64,000 nucleotides of DNA from Marsupella aquatica (Eukaryota; Plantae; Marchantiophyta): contig OZ316898.1 in the NCBI GenBank assembly GCA_973895155.1, positions 312,751-376,750 of the forward strand, given 5' to 3'. The position numbers and the translations under genes were made by a program. Each line of letters opens with the position of its first letter. Position 1 is the first letter of the stretch. Shown piece after piece: positions 13,152 to 26,800 of the stretch. The notes beneath the pieces were generated by a model that was given only the letters and a program-made list of their open reading frames with translations, was not told the origin of the DNA and searched no databases.

Positions 13152-14412
13152 ACTGTTCCTGGTTGTGGACACCTGATTTGTGAAGGGATTAGCCGAATTC
13201 TTATGTGGGGTGCTATTACTGAGAAATAGCTTGACAGGAAACTTCTTGTAGATAGTGAAAGTGTTATGAAAGTAACTTAAGTCAGGGGAATGAACTATGA
13301 TCTATGTCTCGGTATCTGTTTCTTGTAGAGTTCCGCTTTATGGTACATGTGAGGACATTTTTCCATTTGTACAATTAGGATATTAATGAGATCTGAGTAC
13401 TGCCAGTTTTGACTTCCATCAAATTTTTGTTTGAAGTCGTAACAAAGGAAGGTTGAATCTGAGACCATAATGCCCGATTTGCAGGAGTTATGTTTGAATT
13501 GAAAGGTTGAACTTAACCTAGAACAATGATCAGCCTCGTCCTGGAGCGCTATGCCCAACACTATCTGAAGCAGAGCGTCTTTGTCGGGGTTTTCTAAATT
13601 TAAGTCCAGGTACCAGAAGAGCTATGGAAAATAATGCACTGGAGAGAGGAATCAAGAAAATTCAGGTCGATAGCATAATTCACTGATGACTGATTTTTTT
13701 CTGGAAGTGATAGAACCCACAATCAAACTTCCTCCAATCTATTCAAATCATCTTAGCGGCTAGATCCTTGCAGACTTTAAGTACCACTCAAGTAAATACT
13801 GTCACACCCTTAAATTTCCAGTTTAGTTTTTTGCATTAGCAACTTGTTCTCACTGTTGTTCTTCCTTTTCATGAAATGGTATCATCAACTTGGCGTCTCA
13901 TCCTAGCACTTCTTTACATCATACTCTATCACATTCAGCATGGGAAAAAGGATCCTCGATCTTGTCAAGTTCTGATTGAAAGGATGGCTTTTTCTTTCGT
14001 GGGTGGGCATCTGCAACTTGCATCCGCATTTGAACTCTTCATAGCATCTTACTGTCCTGGAATCGGTTCATTGCCTCAGAACGGGGAAAGGGTGAGAGAC
14101 CATATTTGAGCTTTTCATGAAAAGCACTGCTCAGATGGATGGATTCTACCTCTATGGATTTTACTCAAGATAGGTATTATAGTGATAAGATTCGTAAAGG
14201 GAGGAGCATTTTATATGCATGGATGGTGACTTGTTTAGGGTAGCTCATTTGTCTTGCTTGGAAAACAATGTCTTTTCTAAAAGTAATTGTTTCTGGTTCA
14301 TTCTTTCACTTTGTCATTCTTTATTTTTGGGTCCTGCAAATTCAAAAGATAATCACTGCAAAAAAGGCGCAACATTTTATTATAGTTGTAGATGTTCGGG
14401 AGTTAAAGATCC

Positions 14413-14863
14413 TGTACCAAGCTATCGAGCTCTTGAGATTTCTCTAGTTTTTGTAATTAGGATGGGAGTCTCGGTATTTCTCATGTACCAAGCTATCGAG
14501 CTCTTGAGATTTCTCTAGTTTTTTGTAATTAGGATGGAAGTCTCGGTATTTCTTATGTTTATCGTTTATGTCAAGGTGGGAGCATCCATGCTATTTAACA
14601 CTTTTGAGACACTCATTAGTCAGATGGTATGATTACATTTTGATTCAGAATGGATTTGGACATCCTAGATTAACTAACTTCCAAAGAATTTATAATTCTT
14701 TACCACTATAATACCATGTCAAGGTGGGAGCATCTATGCTATTTAACTCTTTTGAGACACTCATTAGTCAGATGGTGTGATTACATTTTGATTCAGAATG
14801 GATTTGGACATCCTAGATTAACTAACTTCCAAAGAATTTCTAATTCTTTACCACTATAATACC
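14413..14863. repeat. Two adjacent tandem duplications (~71 bp x2 and ~148 bp x2)
   Basis: TGTACCAAGCTATCGAGCTCTTGAG... occurs twice (14413-14555). TGTCAAGGTGGGAGCATC...TTACCACTATA occurs twice (14568-14863). Confidence 0.85.
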
Positions 14864-15189
14864 TAACCCGGATTGTCCTTCTACAAACTAATAAAAAATG
14901 AGAATCAATCTTGACCGTTTATCAAATCATTGTTTTTTAACACTGTTAGATCTCTAATAGACACCATTGAAAATAAATGTCATCCAAGGTGCTGTTTAGC
15001 CGGCCCAAGATACAAAACTTTATTTTTATATTTAATAAAATATTGCGGTTTGATTGTCCTTGGATTGTATGATATGGTGGCAGTTATTTCATGTTTCCAA
15101 TTTCTATGTGCAATGCACAAGTTATTGAGAAAAACCATAAAAGTGTATGCCTAGGACAAAAAATAGCATGTATGGATACCTACAATACA

Positions 15190-16257
15190 AAGCTTATAAT
15201 TTTGTCTTGCTTTAATATCTTTCTCACCTTACATATTTTTCTCTCCTCAATATCTTTTCCTTGCCTTGTCATCTTGTTTTCATCTCATCATCTTCTCACA
15301 TTTGACATCTTCATTTCAACATGACTTTTTTTCCCCCTTGACATCTTTCCTCTCCTTGACATATTTTTTCTCCTGAACATTTTTTCTCTCTTTGCGGGTC
15401 TCTTTGACATCTTTTCTTCACCTTGATATCTTATCTTTTTCTCATTTTGCCATGTTTTTTCTCACCCTGACATCTTTATCTCCCCATGGCATCTTTCCCT
15501 CATCCTTGATATGTTTCTCTATTTGATATTTTTTCCTCATCCTCGTCCTCATCTTGACATCTTTTTCTCACCTCACCATATTTTCTGTCCTCGACATATT
15601 TTTCTCACTTTGATTTCATTTCCTCACCTCAATATTTTTTTCTCTCATCGACTTCTTTTTTCACTTCGACATCTATTCATCATCTTGACATTTTTTCTCA
15701 CCTCAACATCTTTTGTCCAGCGCACAAGTATCGGGCTCAAAATGTACTTAAGAACATATTTTACATCACAACATCTTTTACCAACAACGTACTGCACTTG
15801 TCGACCATTTTGTACTTAACAAATATTTGTACTTAACAACAACATCTCTGGCATAACGACATCATTAGCAACATGATATCTATTTATTTGACGACAACTT
15901 TTTGCTTGACGACATTTTGGACGACACAACACCTTTGATGAAATGACTTCTTTTTTACTTTATAACATCTTTCACATAACAATGTCTTGGGCAACACAAC
16001 ATCTTTTCTCTTAAGGACATCTTGGGCGACACTACAACTTTTTTCTTAACATCTTGGGCAAAACAATATCTCTTTTCTTAACGACACCTTGGGCAACACA
16101 TCATCTTTTTTCTTCATGACATCTTGAGCGACACTACATCTGTTTTCTTGACGACATCTTGGGCAACATGGATTTTTGTTCTTAACAACATCTTGGGTGA
16201 CACAACATCTTTTTTCTTCATGACATCTTTTGTGCAACGCATGGGTATTGAGCTAGT
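15190..16257 (+). mobile_element. Putative non-autonomous Helitron-like element: GACATCTT minisatellite ending in a hairpin plus CTAG|T
   Basis: A degenerate (GA)CATCTTTT array ends with TGTGCAACGCATGGGTATTGAGCTAG|T (16231-16257). This matches the plant Helitron 3' end pattern GTGCAACGCAC...CTAG inserted before T. The 5' end is not defined. Confidence 0.55.
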
Positions 16258-16289
16258 TTATAGTATATATATATGGACTCTTGCTCATT

Positions 16290-17460
16290 CCTTGTATAGG
16301 CTACCACATAGTTCTAGTTTATTCTCGTTTACAAAGGTTTGGTTTTTCTTCCCATAACTTCTTGTTGAGTAATTATATTGGTTGCAGTCTTTACCCTCCC
16401 CTAAATCAGAGTCAAGATGGAGATTGTTAGGATTAACTCTTAGGTCTAGAGTTACAACTATACCACAGTTAGGGCTAACCTTAGTCGTAGACCTAGTTAG
16501 CTTAGTCATATTACACACACTATACCCAAGCGGTGTTTGCTTGGATAGTGGGAACTCAGGCTCATTCTTACAGAGTCAGTTGAGAGATAGAGATAGCTTG
16601 TGTTGTGGATGCTTGGTATGGCTAGTTGACCTAGAGTTCAGTAAAGCTCTTGTGTGTTCTTGTGGAGGTGAACCACGTATCTCTCTGTGTTGACTACTTG
16701 ATCATTGGATGGTTATGGGCATGTCAATGTGAATGTCACCAATGCTCAACAATTGGTATCAAAGTATGTCTGGGAGATGACGAGATTTTTCTTGTAACGG
16801 GTTTTCTAAAGTTCAGTGTTGGTGTTGTATTCAGATTTTTATCGCATGAAAGTCAAATGTTATGGGCTGAGCGGATAGATCAATGTGAGGGCTTTCTAAT
16901 AATGCTTAGAAATCACTAATCGGAGTTTGTGGTGCGGAGGAATCAAAGTTTGTGATTTTCTGGAATTCTTAGTTAAGTTTCGTGTTTGACAATTTTTGGG
17001 GGGAAAGTCCAAAGTTTGTTTTTCTTGACGGTGTGAGTTGTGCAATGCGCGAGGCATTGTATGTTATAGCTCAAGTTATAGATCATTGAAGTGAGCTGGT
17101 TGTTTTGGTACCTGGATTGCTAACGTTTGCAGAATGAGCTAGTGCGACGTGATGAGTGGAAGTTGAGTTATGGTTTTTTGACAAGCTAGCTATAGTGCTT
17201 GTTTTTCCCTGAGCCGGGTTTCTTGTCATGACACTCAACTTGAAGAAGAAACCGCGAAGTGCTAAGGCTCAACGGAGAGGTCATAGCAAAGTGGTTGTTT
17301 TTGAGTCCAGGATTGGCACTTGACACAGAAAGAGTGGGACATGAAAAAGTTTTTTCTCTGTTGTACATGGAGACTGTGTCGATGCAATTCAACAACTTTC
17401 TCCTGTTGGCGGTCGGCACTTTTCTCATTTGAATTCGGAGCAATGAGGTTTGCAACACGA
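16290..17460 (+). mobile_element. Decayed Ty1/copia fragment: 3'UTR+PPT, LTR (16425-16751), PBS (16754-16764), 5'UTR
   Basis: LTR TGTTAG...GCTCAACA is homologous to the reverse complement of the LTRs at 29933 and 58171. It is preceded by PPT-like AGAGTCAAGATGGAGAT and followed by TGGTATCAAAG (iMet PBS, 1 mismatch). Confidence 0.8.
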
Positions 17461-18039
17461 CATAATTAATATTTTTTACTTAGTGTAGCTGTTTTTTGGT
17501 GTGTATTAAGGTATAATATATACTTGCGCCAATTTTTACAATGGTCGTCATTCAAATTTTCAGGGTTCCCCCTGCAAATATTCTTATCTAATAGAAGGAA
17601 GGAATAAAGACAAAATAAATTTAGTTTAATTAGTGTAAATGAAAAAGAGTCACACCAATGTCCATTTAAAAGGGAATCAAATGGGATAAGCAAACAAAAG
17701 AGGGCCTCACTAACACAATGCACAAGGATTAAGGAGGATCCTCACTCCATGATCCATGACAGGGAGTATTGTACATACAATAAGGTGTACATACTCAATA
17801 GAGTGAGATAGTGCATAGTTTCTTGTAATATTGGTAGTAGTTAAATTTTAGATACTATTTCACTCAATAGGGGACTACATACACTATTATTCTCCCAATA
17901 TTTAGGGTGATTTTTTCCATTCGTTTTTGGTGTCCTTTTCATTGTAAAAAAACAAAAGTTATAAGGTCCAAAGACATAGTAAAGATCAAGGCACTTGCAT
18001 TGATGGCAAAGGTGTCGGGAGAGGGACACACTTTTACTT

Positions 18040-18715
18040 GACATTATCTTTTTGCTTCACAATATCTTTCACATAACAACCCATTTGCCACCACATCATC
18101 GTTTACTTAACATCATATTTTTATTCATGACATCTTTCACATAACACATCTTTGGCAAAATGACCTCTTTTTTGTTAACGATAACTTTTTACTTGATGAC
18201 AACTTTTTACTTGATGACATGTTTGGCAAAATGACTTCATTTTTCTTAACGACATCTTTTACTTGCAACGTCTTTCACATAACTACATCTTTTGTGAAAC
18301 AACTTCATGGTTCTTAACAACATCTTTTTACTTCAAAACATATTTCACATAACGACATCTTGGGCGACACAACATCTTTTGTGCAACGTAGAGGTATTGA
18401 GCTCTTTTGTACTTAGCAACATCTTTATACCTAACAAAACCTTTGGCATAATGACATAATTGGCAACACGACCCCTATTTCTTCCACAACCTCTTGGCCG
18501 AGATGACATCTTTCTTCTCAACAATCTCTTGGCTGACACGACATCTTTTGTCTCACCAACATCTTAGCCAACATGAAATCTTTTGTTCTCAACGACATCT
18601 TGGACGACGACATCTTTTTCTCAATGACCTCTTGGCCGACACGACATCTTTTGTTCTCATCGACATCTTGACCGACACGACATCTTTTGTGCAACGCATA
18701 AATATGTGTATACAC
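18040..18715 (+). repeat. Second GACATCTT-rich minisatellite of the same family as 15190-16257
   Basis: Repeated ACGACATCTT(TT/GG) units, with TTTTGTGCAACG motifs at ~18378 and ~18686. Confidence 0.75.
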
Positions 18716-19459
18716 ATGTCTTTTGCCCTGGCCCAAGACCATTCTGCCTCCCTCCCTCCCGGTTGTTCCCCGCCACGATTGTGGCCAGCAACGCGGCCGG
18801 TCCAGAACCTGCAGCCCGTGGGTTTTCACCCTCAACCACCCCCATTTCCCGGCCCTGCACCATAACGCCCTCGCGCCCTGACCCAAGCCTTTTTCCTCCC
18901 AACTGGCCTGACCTTTCGGCAGCCGCATCATCGTGGCAACATTCAAACCCCAACCCGGCCTTTTATGGTGTACAAGGTTGCGTATAGCCGCTTTGGCCTC
19001 CCACGTCCCTACCCCTCTTGCATACCCGCCATAACCCGTACGCGCCCCGACCTTATACACATGTTTTTTCTAAGGGGCTTAACCCCCCCCCCCCCCCCCC
19101 TTTAGGGCTATTTTGTTTGTTTTTCCTCCCGGGTCTTCTCATTGGTTGTCCCGGACCTGGCGAACTCCAAATTTAACCGCTTGGATAGGGGGAACTGCCC
19201 CCTGTGAGACCTCTTGTATTGTGCAGGGAATATTCAAAAAATAGATAATGTGTTTTTGGCCATTTGTCAATGATTCCGACTAAAAGATGGAAAAAAAATT
19301 GGTTCATTTTTGGTGAGGTCGTAGCCATTGAAGTTAGCAACGCGGAGCACCAATTGATTTTCATTTCTGACAATGGGTGGTACTTTACATTTCATTTATT
19401 CCGTGAGGTGGTCAAAACTGGGGAGTTTTCCATGGTTTTGCCCACCCTGACCAAAATTT

Positions 19460-21513
19460 GAATAAGTATTTTGTCGGATTTTGATTTTGGTTTTCAGTGT
19501 TGGATAGCTAGCTTTGTGGGCTCCGCAATGATGTTTAGGCTTGAGTTTTTTAGTTATTGCAAAAATGGTATTTTTTTGTGATTTAATCATATGAGTGATT
19601 GAGAGAAGCAACTCAAAGATGTGGAACTTGAAGCAAGAGGATCACCCAAGCGGTTTGAGGAGGAGATAGAGAAGCAGGGGAAAGAGCACGTGACATCGGT
19701 CCCATCACCGGTGCGGCGTGTAATGGAGGAAGACTCTTACTACCGGAGCTAAGGGTAGTTGCAAAGAAGAAAATAGGGACATTCCAACTTGGGGGACCCA
19801 AGTATGAAGTCACAAATTTGATGGGCAATTATCTTCTGTAGAAGAAGCAAGTGAAGGGGGTGTTGTATGCATCAGGAATGGGCAAGTTGTTGACGCCTCA
19901 TTCTGATGATATTCAGGAGAGTGATTAAGAGGCTATGTAGGAATAGGGAGTGTGGTGTGTTAAACTTTACATGTCATTGTTTGAGGCTTTGTAGAAGAAG
20001 TATCACCACATGGAGCTATCAAACCGGCTCTTCAAATCCTTCAAACTGATGAGTTTCAGGATGAAGGAAAGCGGTAGGAAGCCACAGGATCATGCGGATT
20101 TATTCAACGACTTGGTTGTTGATTTGGAAAACCTTGGGGAGGAATTGGGTGATGAGAAGAAGGCATTGCATCTTCTTAGCTTTTTGCCTCCATCTTACTA
20201 GTCCTTATCATGAGTGTTGTTGCATCGTGATAGGTAGACCATATCATACAATGAGGTGGTAATTTTTCTGCTTATTGATGATCTTCAACAAAAGATGTAG
20301 TTATCGTCATAGCCTTCATAGTCAACTAGTGCTGCCCTCAATGTTAATAGTGGGAGGACTTTGCAACGACCAAATAGAGAGCGCAGAACCCAATTTAGAT
20401 CTAAATTTAGATCTAAGTCAAGGGGGAAATCCCCGGACAGGAGGCAAGTGACACGTTAGAAGTGTAACAAAGCTGGACATTTCAAGTATGTAGCCACAAT
20501 AGAGGTGGCAAATGAGGCTATTTGGTTGGGGAAATTGGCTCGTGATTTGGGGATTCCACAAGAGCAGGTCCAGGATCTTCATTGTGATAGTAACAATGCT
20601 ATGCATATTGTAGCAAACCCGATGACGCATGCAGGGTAAAGCATATTGATATCAGGTATCATTTTCTCAGGCAGGTTGTTGCTGAGAAAGAGATTGAGTT
20701 AATCAAGATTGATGGAAGTCTCAAACCTACTCATAAGTTAACAAAAGTCATTCCTTTGGCTAGTTTCACGGAGCATTGTGCAAGGCTTCAAATTTTGCAC
20801 AAGGATGCTTAGTGTCAGTTTTCTTGTATACTTATTCTCTATTTGGTATCTAACGGCTATGGTCTAATTCTAGTTAACCCTCATAGAGAAGGTGAAATAT
20901 AGGTTTTCAGTCTAGAATTTCCTGAGGAGATATATATGGGTAGCAAGAGCTAGTACTAGATAGGTAGTTTACTTCTATGTATATTTGATCTATCTGACAA
21001 TTTGTCAGCTACGGCTTAGTTCTAGTTAGCTCTCAGGTATAGGGGGAAAACTCATTGGTTTCACCTTCTAGAACTTCCCAAAGAGATGTATACGGATAGT
21101 TAAAAGTAACACTACCAGGAGTTAGCTGAGGACTAGAGTCAAGGAGGATTTTTTAGGTTATGCCTCTAGTATAACCTATATACTTCCATTATCCTAGCTA
21201 GATTTTAGTAGGCTAGGAAAGCACTAGTTTGAGTTCCAGGTTCCCATAGACCATAGAAGGGGGTATACCCAAGGGGAACACAAACTTGTGCTCACACTTG
21301 AAGGCTCACTCTTGAGGATAGAGAGTGAGAGAGTGAGAGGAGGAGCTCTAGCACATTGGCTATGGCAAGTGTAATCATTTTGCATTACTGACTTTCTCTC
21401 ACGGCCGTGGCCGTAGCCCAGACGGGATGAACCGCGTACTTTCAATGTCGGAGTCTATGGATGAATGTTCACACGAAGATGTTGTCTCGTTCGGTCTAGA
21501 TTATATCCCAACA
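19460..21513 (+). mobile_element. Internally deleted, decayed Ty1/copia element (5'UTR, gag, RNase H end, PPT, 3' LTR ~21151-21513)
   Basis: gag from ~19591 is homologous to the gag at 63875 (DVELEARGSP, ELSNRL, LHLLS). The zinc knuckle (GHFK) is fused at ~20486 to RNase H (YVA...[14 protein letters not shown]). PPT GAGTCAAGGAGG is present and the LTR ends CCCAACA. Many stop codons. Confidence 0.85.
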
Positions 21514-22331
21514 GGATTGTCCTATGCACAATGTGCAGTTGTGCTGTACCTTGTCTTTTGGAATTGCATAAGAGGGATAGTTTTTGTTGCGGACCCATCA
21601 CGATAGTTACCCCTTAGACCAAGAAGGCACCGTAACAAAGGTGGTCAAGAGTGGTATTTAATTAGCAGCACCATCACGAGGTCCCCATTGACCTGACTGT
21701 GATGCTATGTGTGGCATTGCTAACAGAGTCACTAGCCGGGAGTTTTGGTCCCTACTAGAAACGGGTGGGGGCCATAAATAGGCAACCACAGCTGGTTGGG
21801 GGTTGAGCGTATATGAGGAGGGTATATGTTCTGATTAACAATCCTCACAAGCCATCAGTCGTGATCAGTTGAGATGCATCGCTAGTCCTGCTGAGCTAAC
21901 AAACAAGTGTAGTGCACAAGCGCTAATGCATACACGTGAAGCATAGGGGAGGTTGGTTGACTTCCAACTTGTGGTGCACTCCAGGCTGGGTGGCTATTCT
22001 GTGGCCCAATGGCGGGGCTTTCATTGCAGCATGTCTGTGGGCAACGGACCATAGCTTGAGATCCACACATGATCTCAAGGAGCTAGTGTGTGCATTGCAA
22101 AGCGGGTGACAAGGGCTATCAGGGGCAAAGGTCAACAGTGGGACCCCAGGTAGGGATTGGGGTGCTACAGTTTCAGTCATGTTGCACCTTTTTTTTTAAT
22201 GCATCACCAATTGACGTTTCTTCTCGCTATTGATACCTGAAAATTTTGGATTTGCTTTGTTATTTGTGGAATGACTTAGGCAAGTCTGACCATTGTGATT
22301 TTCACAGAGGCAGTTCCACGCCGCCTTGGGT

Positions 22332-22573
22332 TTCTCTGACAAATTATGCTCCCTTGAATCTTGTTGTAACCTGGATGGGACACAACAGGTATTTCTCTGA
22401 CAAATTATGCTCCTTGAATCTTGTTGTAACCTGGATGGGACACAACAGGTATTTCTCTGACAAATTATGCTCCTTGAATCTTGTTGTAACCTGGATGGGA
22501 CACAACAGGTATTTCTCTGACAAATTATGCTGCTTGAATCTTGTTGTAACCTGGATGGGACACAACAGGTATC
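22332..22573. repeat. Near-perfect 60-bp tandem repeat, 4 copies
   Basis: TTCTCTGACAAATTATGCTCCTTGAATCTTGTTGTAACCTGGATGGGACACAACAGGTAT x4, with no unique spacers. Confidence 0.95.
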
Positions 22574-23897
22574 CTTGCTTGCAAAAGGCCAAGTTGTTCA
22601 ATGGAGGTAGGGGTTCGATTCCCCTCATGGATGTGAAATGCGGGGTTAAATGATTATATCATCCACTGGCCCAAACTAATCCATTCTCTTTGCAACTTGC
22701 TCTTCCACCACAGAAAAAGATCCATACAAGCACCTATGCATGGCTAGAGTTCGCTTGCAGGCAAGGAAGCTGTGCCCAAACTTGCCTGTTCCTGCCCCTA
22801 AACAATTCCCAAACAATACCTTTTATGCTGATATTTAGGCTTACTAGGCTTAAGTACATTAGAGTAACTATTCACTACTCCATATGAAGTTCTCTTTAGG
22901 TAACTATTAGAGAGTGGTTCCAACCAGATCTTAGGGTTTGGTTTGATCTGTAGTATCTCTCCCTTTTGTACTCCTTTGGCCAAATTCTGCCAACAATACT
23001 GACTTTGTGCAATGTCCGGGCCTCAAACTAGTCTATGTAAAGATTGCTAATGGGGGCTTGTTCATTGATATTCACATGATCTTGTATTCGTTCCTTGATA
23101 AAATGCTCCAAACCCAGCAAAGTATGCATGGAACATCTAAGCCAGTGAAAGTTGGAAAATACCAAGCAAGAACGGTGTTTGGTGGGGTCTTCCCTCCACA
23201 CCAACTAACCTACCTTCCCGCACAGTTCGAAATAGAACACAATGCTGCAATCTCTGACAAGCAAGAAGGGCTGGGTGTATGGACAGAGCTTGGTGGGGGA
23301 GCTTCCCTTAGTACCCTTCAACGAGGTTGGAGGTTGTGTTAGAAGTAGAAGACAGTTTAGTACCCTTCAACGAGGTTGGAGGTTGTGTTCAGTAGAAGAC
23401 AGTGAGACGTGCAACGTTTCTGACATGGCACACTGCTGAGAATGCTGGCACGCAGCATCTCGGAGGACTGCCAATAGTGCTATTAACGTGTGAAAAATGT
23501 GCTTTCAAGGTTAGTCAGTTTGCACTCTCACAGTTTGAGCAACAGGGTGTTTGATGTCTTGGTACTCAAATGACTCGACATGTGATGACGTCGAGTCATT
23601 TGTGGTCACCATGATTTGACCAGGCCTACTGACGGTTTTAATTAACTGAAACCATATTAAGTGGGAGGGAAATACTTGAAAAAAAACAAGAAAACAAAGG
23701 CAGAAAGCAAGGCTCCAATGAGACTGACGATCAAGGATGACCACCTCCAAAAGGGGTTTGCCATTCATTGATTATAAAATTGGACATAAATAATGGGGAC
23801 TAATGATACTCTTGGCCTGGCTACAACCTCCTGAACTCAGCTCACAAAAATTCCCTACAAAAACCTGCTAACTACGATTCCATGTTCCATCTGGAGA

Positions 23898-26800
23898 CTA
23901 CAAGACCATCTCAGCTATCTGGACGGCATTTAATGCAGCACCTTTGCGTATTTGGTCACCACATACAAAAATATCCAGCCTGTCAAACAGACACAATAGT
24001 AATAAGAAATCCCTCCTAGGTATCTTTAAGGGATAAATGATTCATGGACAGCTTAAGACACATGGAATTGAAAAGACCCCTCCCCACCTGATTCTCTGTA
24101 ACGACTGCCCATTGATGCTATGAGAAACTTTACCGTTTCAGTCATTTCTGAACAATTGAAATGATGATATTCAGAATATCCAACGCGCCATCATCCTAAG
24201 AATCAATTCATCCCAAAATTTGAAGATCAGGATCACAGCGAAATAGAGGTTAAGGTTTACCCATAATTGCCGTCTTGGGATATGTCATGCCTTATTCTCC
24301 CAACTGCAACATTGTCTCTACATGACACCTGGAAAATCGGAAAAAAAAACATCATAATTGTCCGGAAGCATGCCAATAACCAGCTTTGCAGATGCATTAT
24401 ATAGGCCCTTCTTCCATTCAGTCCTACTCCCCAAATGTAGCTTTCCCACTACTTGCTTAATGCGGCTCAGCATCCAAGATTATAGTGGCTCCATCAGAAA
24501 TAATGTGCACTGGCATAACGGACCTAGTTGTCTCTACGTCAGTTTATAAAAAGAGGTGTCAGGATGATTGTATAATGACGCAACGTCAAGTTCCCTTAAC
24601 GAGAAACCTTCGCGTGGCAGATTCTGCGCGACTCAAACATGCTTTCATGATGCTTATCAAACAAATAAATTAAAGGTTCGCCCTTACATTTGGAATAACA
24701 ACTCCTTTCCCTGATTTGATATTCACAGAAAAAAATGCCTCGATACCCTGGTAGACCATCTGTTACAGTTTGCAAAAATTGGGTGGTTCGTGCATACCTC
24801 AAGGGGTGTGGGAAAATGATTTCCATGACGATCGTCAATAACAGTTACACCCTCTGCCTCTTGCAATATTTGCCGCGCTGTTTCCTGTGAGATATTTGAA
24901 AGAGCTTTAAAACATCTAACACCAATAAGGCGGCTATAGTAGTTTTTAAGCTATTGAGACTACAGTGATGGATTCCCAAAGATTCTCAAAACAATTTGTG
25001 GCTCGCTAGGCAGTTCGTACGTCTATTACTTGTAGCAGGAAAATCAGGCGCCAGGGAAACACTAGCTTTTCTAAAGTAATAATATAGATAAAAGAAAATT
25101 GTGACGTCTCCTTACACAGGCACTACAGGTTTTGTAGCAGTCTCGATGGAACCACTCGCCTTTCTAACTCGAAAACTAGATAGACCAAGAGTTACCTCAT
25201 CCATCGGAGTTTCAAATTGCAGGTTTATACTCTCAGCATGAGCTCGCATGATGGGTACTCTTACGCAGGTGGCAGTGACCTTCACATCTTTATCATTCTG
25301 GAAATTGACATTGCCACTCCATATAAGAATTAGAGACACTCTTACCAACGTATCCTCAGTTGAATCTACGACTGACCATCTTTACCAATAAAGAAAGATT
25401 TCCTGTCCGCCACAGGCTCGCATTCAAGTGGTTGCATCCAAACCAACCGAACTATCTACCTGGACATAAACCATCGCATGGAAATTCTCAAGTAGACAAA
25501 TCAACATTACCCATATATCCTTGAACATCACAACAAAAATCAATTACCCAAATCTTCCTAGTCTCCTCGACAAGTTTCATCTCCTCTTCATTATACCCAT
25601 TTGCTGTCACAGCCGAGTTGTGGGAGAAGAGATTGAAAGCATACTGCAAAAACGAAGCAACTTTGTCAGAAAAAGGTGAGAATTACCCTGAAAGAATGGC
25701 TTTGCGGTGGGATGTGCGGCGTACATATCCTCGATCCGACTTCAAGCCCGTGCAGGTATATTTAGAAGTAAGTGTGAAGTGCGTACTCAACCTCAAAATA
25801 TAACGAACAAATAAAAGTTACCTGGATAAATCAGTAGAACTAGAACACCCAACAAAACTCCAAGATATATTGCTCTGGATTCATCTGTTCTGACAGCTGT
25901 CAAATCACTATGACCGTTCTCTGTCGTAGCTAATTCAGAAAAGGGGTTCTGGGGTTTGGGCATAACAAAGGTTGAGATTTTGAAGAGAACAACACATACT
26001 TGTGATTTAAATATGTTGCAAGTTGGTGCTTTACCATCCAGAACCTGCACAGGACAAAGATGTAAGGGATCCAGAGCTTGAAGTCCGCAAACGTAGATTT
26101 CTCATGGAGGCTATGTACTTACAGTGCAAAATAGTGCCAGGCAGACTATCACAGTAAATTATTTAGATGTCTACGCCTTCAAAACGCAGAACTTTGCCAA
26201 CATTTCTGTAATAGATTCTGCTGTAAGAAGACCTCGCGTGTTTGTAGCTCCAATTCCGCCATGGCTGCAGCACCAGCTCCACTAGCAGCTTGATATGTAC
26301 TGACAACCATTCTCTTCACCTGCCGAAGCCAATATTCCTCTCGAATAAATTCATCGAACAAGCGTCTTCATCGTAACAGCATAATTCGAAAACCATCATC
26401 GAATTCGCATTAACATTATTGGCAATCAGATCTTAAGAAACGAAGAGGCACCTTGGAATGACGATGAAGGGGTGTAGCTGCCATTAGACAAATGATGGTA
26501 GAACAATTAGGGTTGGCGATAATAGCTCCCTTCTTGTTGCTCAACTTGATGTGTGCCATTGCCTCAGCATTGACCTGAGCATTCCACATTCACCGGAAAT
26601 ATCTAATTTTCAGGTACAAGATCCACCGATCATTGATATAAGACATTCGGCTCACAAGTCCGTCTGGTAAAACCTTGCAGGGAAGACAAAAGAGGAACGA
26701 CACAGAGAGAAGAGAAACAAGAAATGCAATCCATCTGGCATTTTGAATTCTTGCATTTTCAGCAGATACACCAGCCGCTGAACACACATTAAATTACACA

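Noticed and set aside
15091-16357. Hydrophobic ORFs in the CT-rich region
   Set aside because: They are low-complexity translations of the minisatellite.
19081-19100. Poly-C tract / G-quadruplex element
   Set aside because: A simple homopolymer in repeat-derived DNA with no supporting context.
22332-22573. CRISPR-like array
   Set aside because: The units are contiguous with no unique spacers, the context is eukaryotic, and there are no cas genes. It is a minisatellite.
22590-22630. tRNA gene
   Set aside because: Only a T-arm-like hairpin is present; there is no anticodon arm or acceptor stem.
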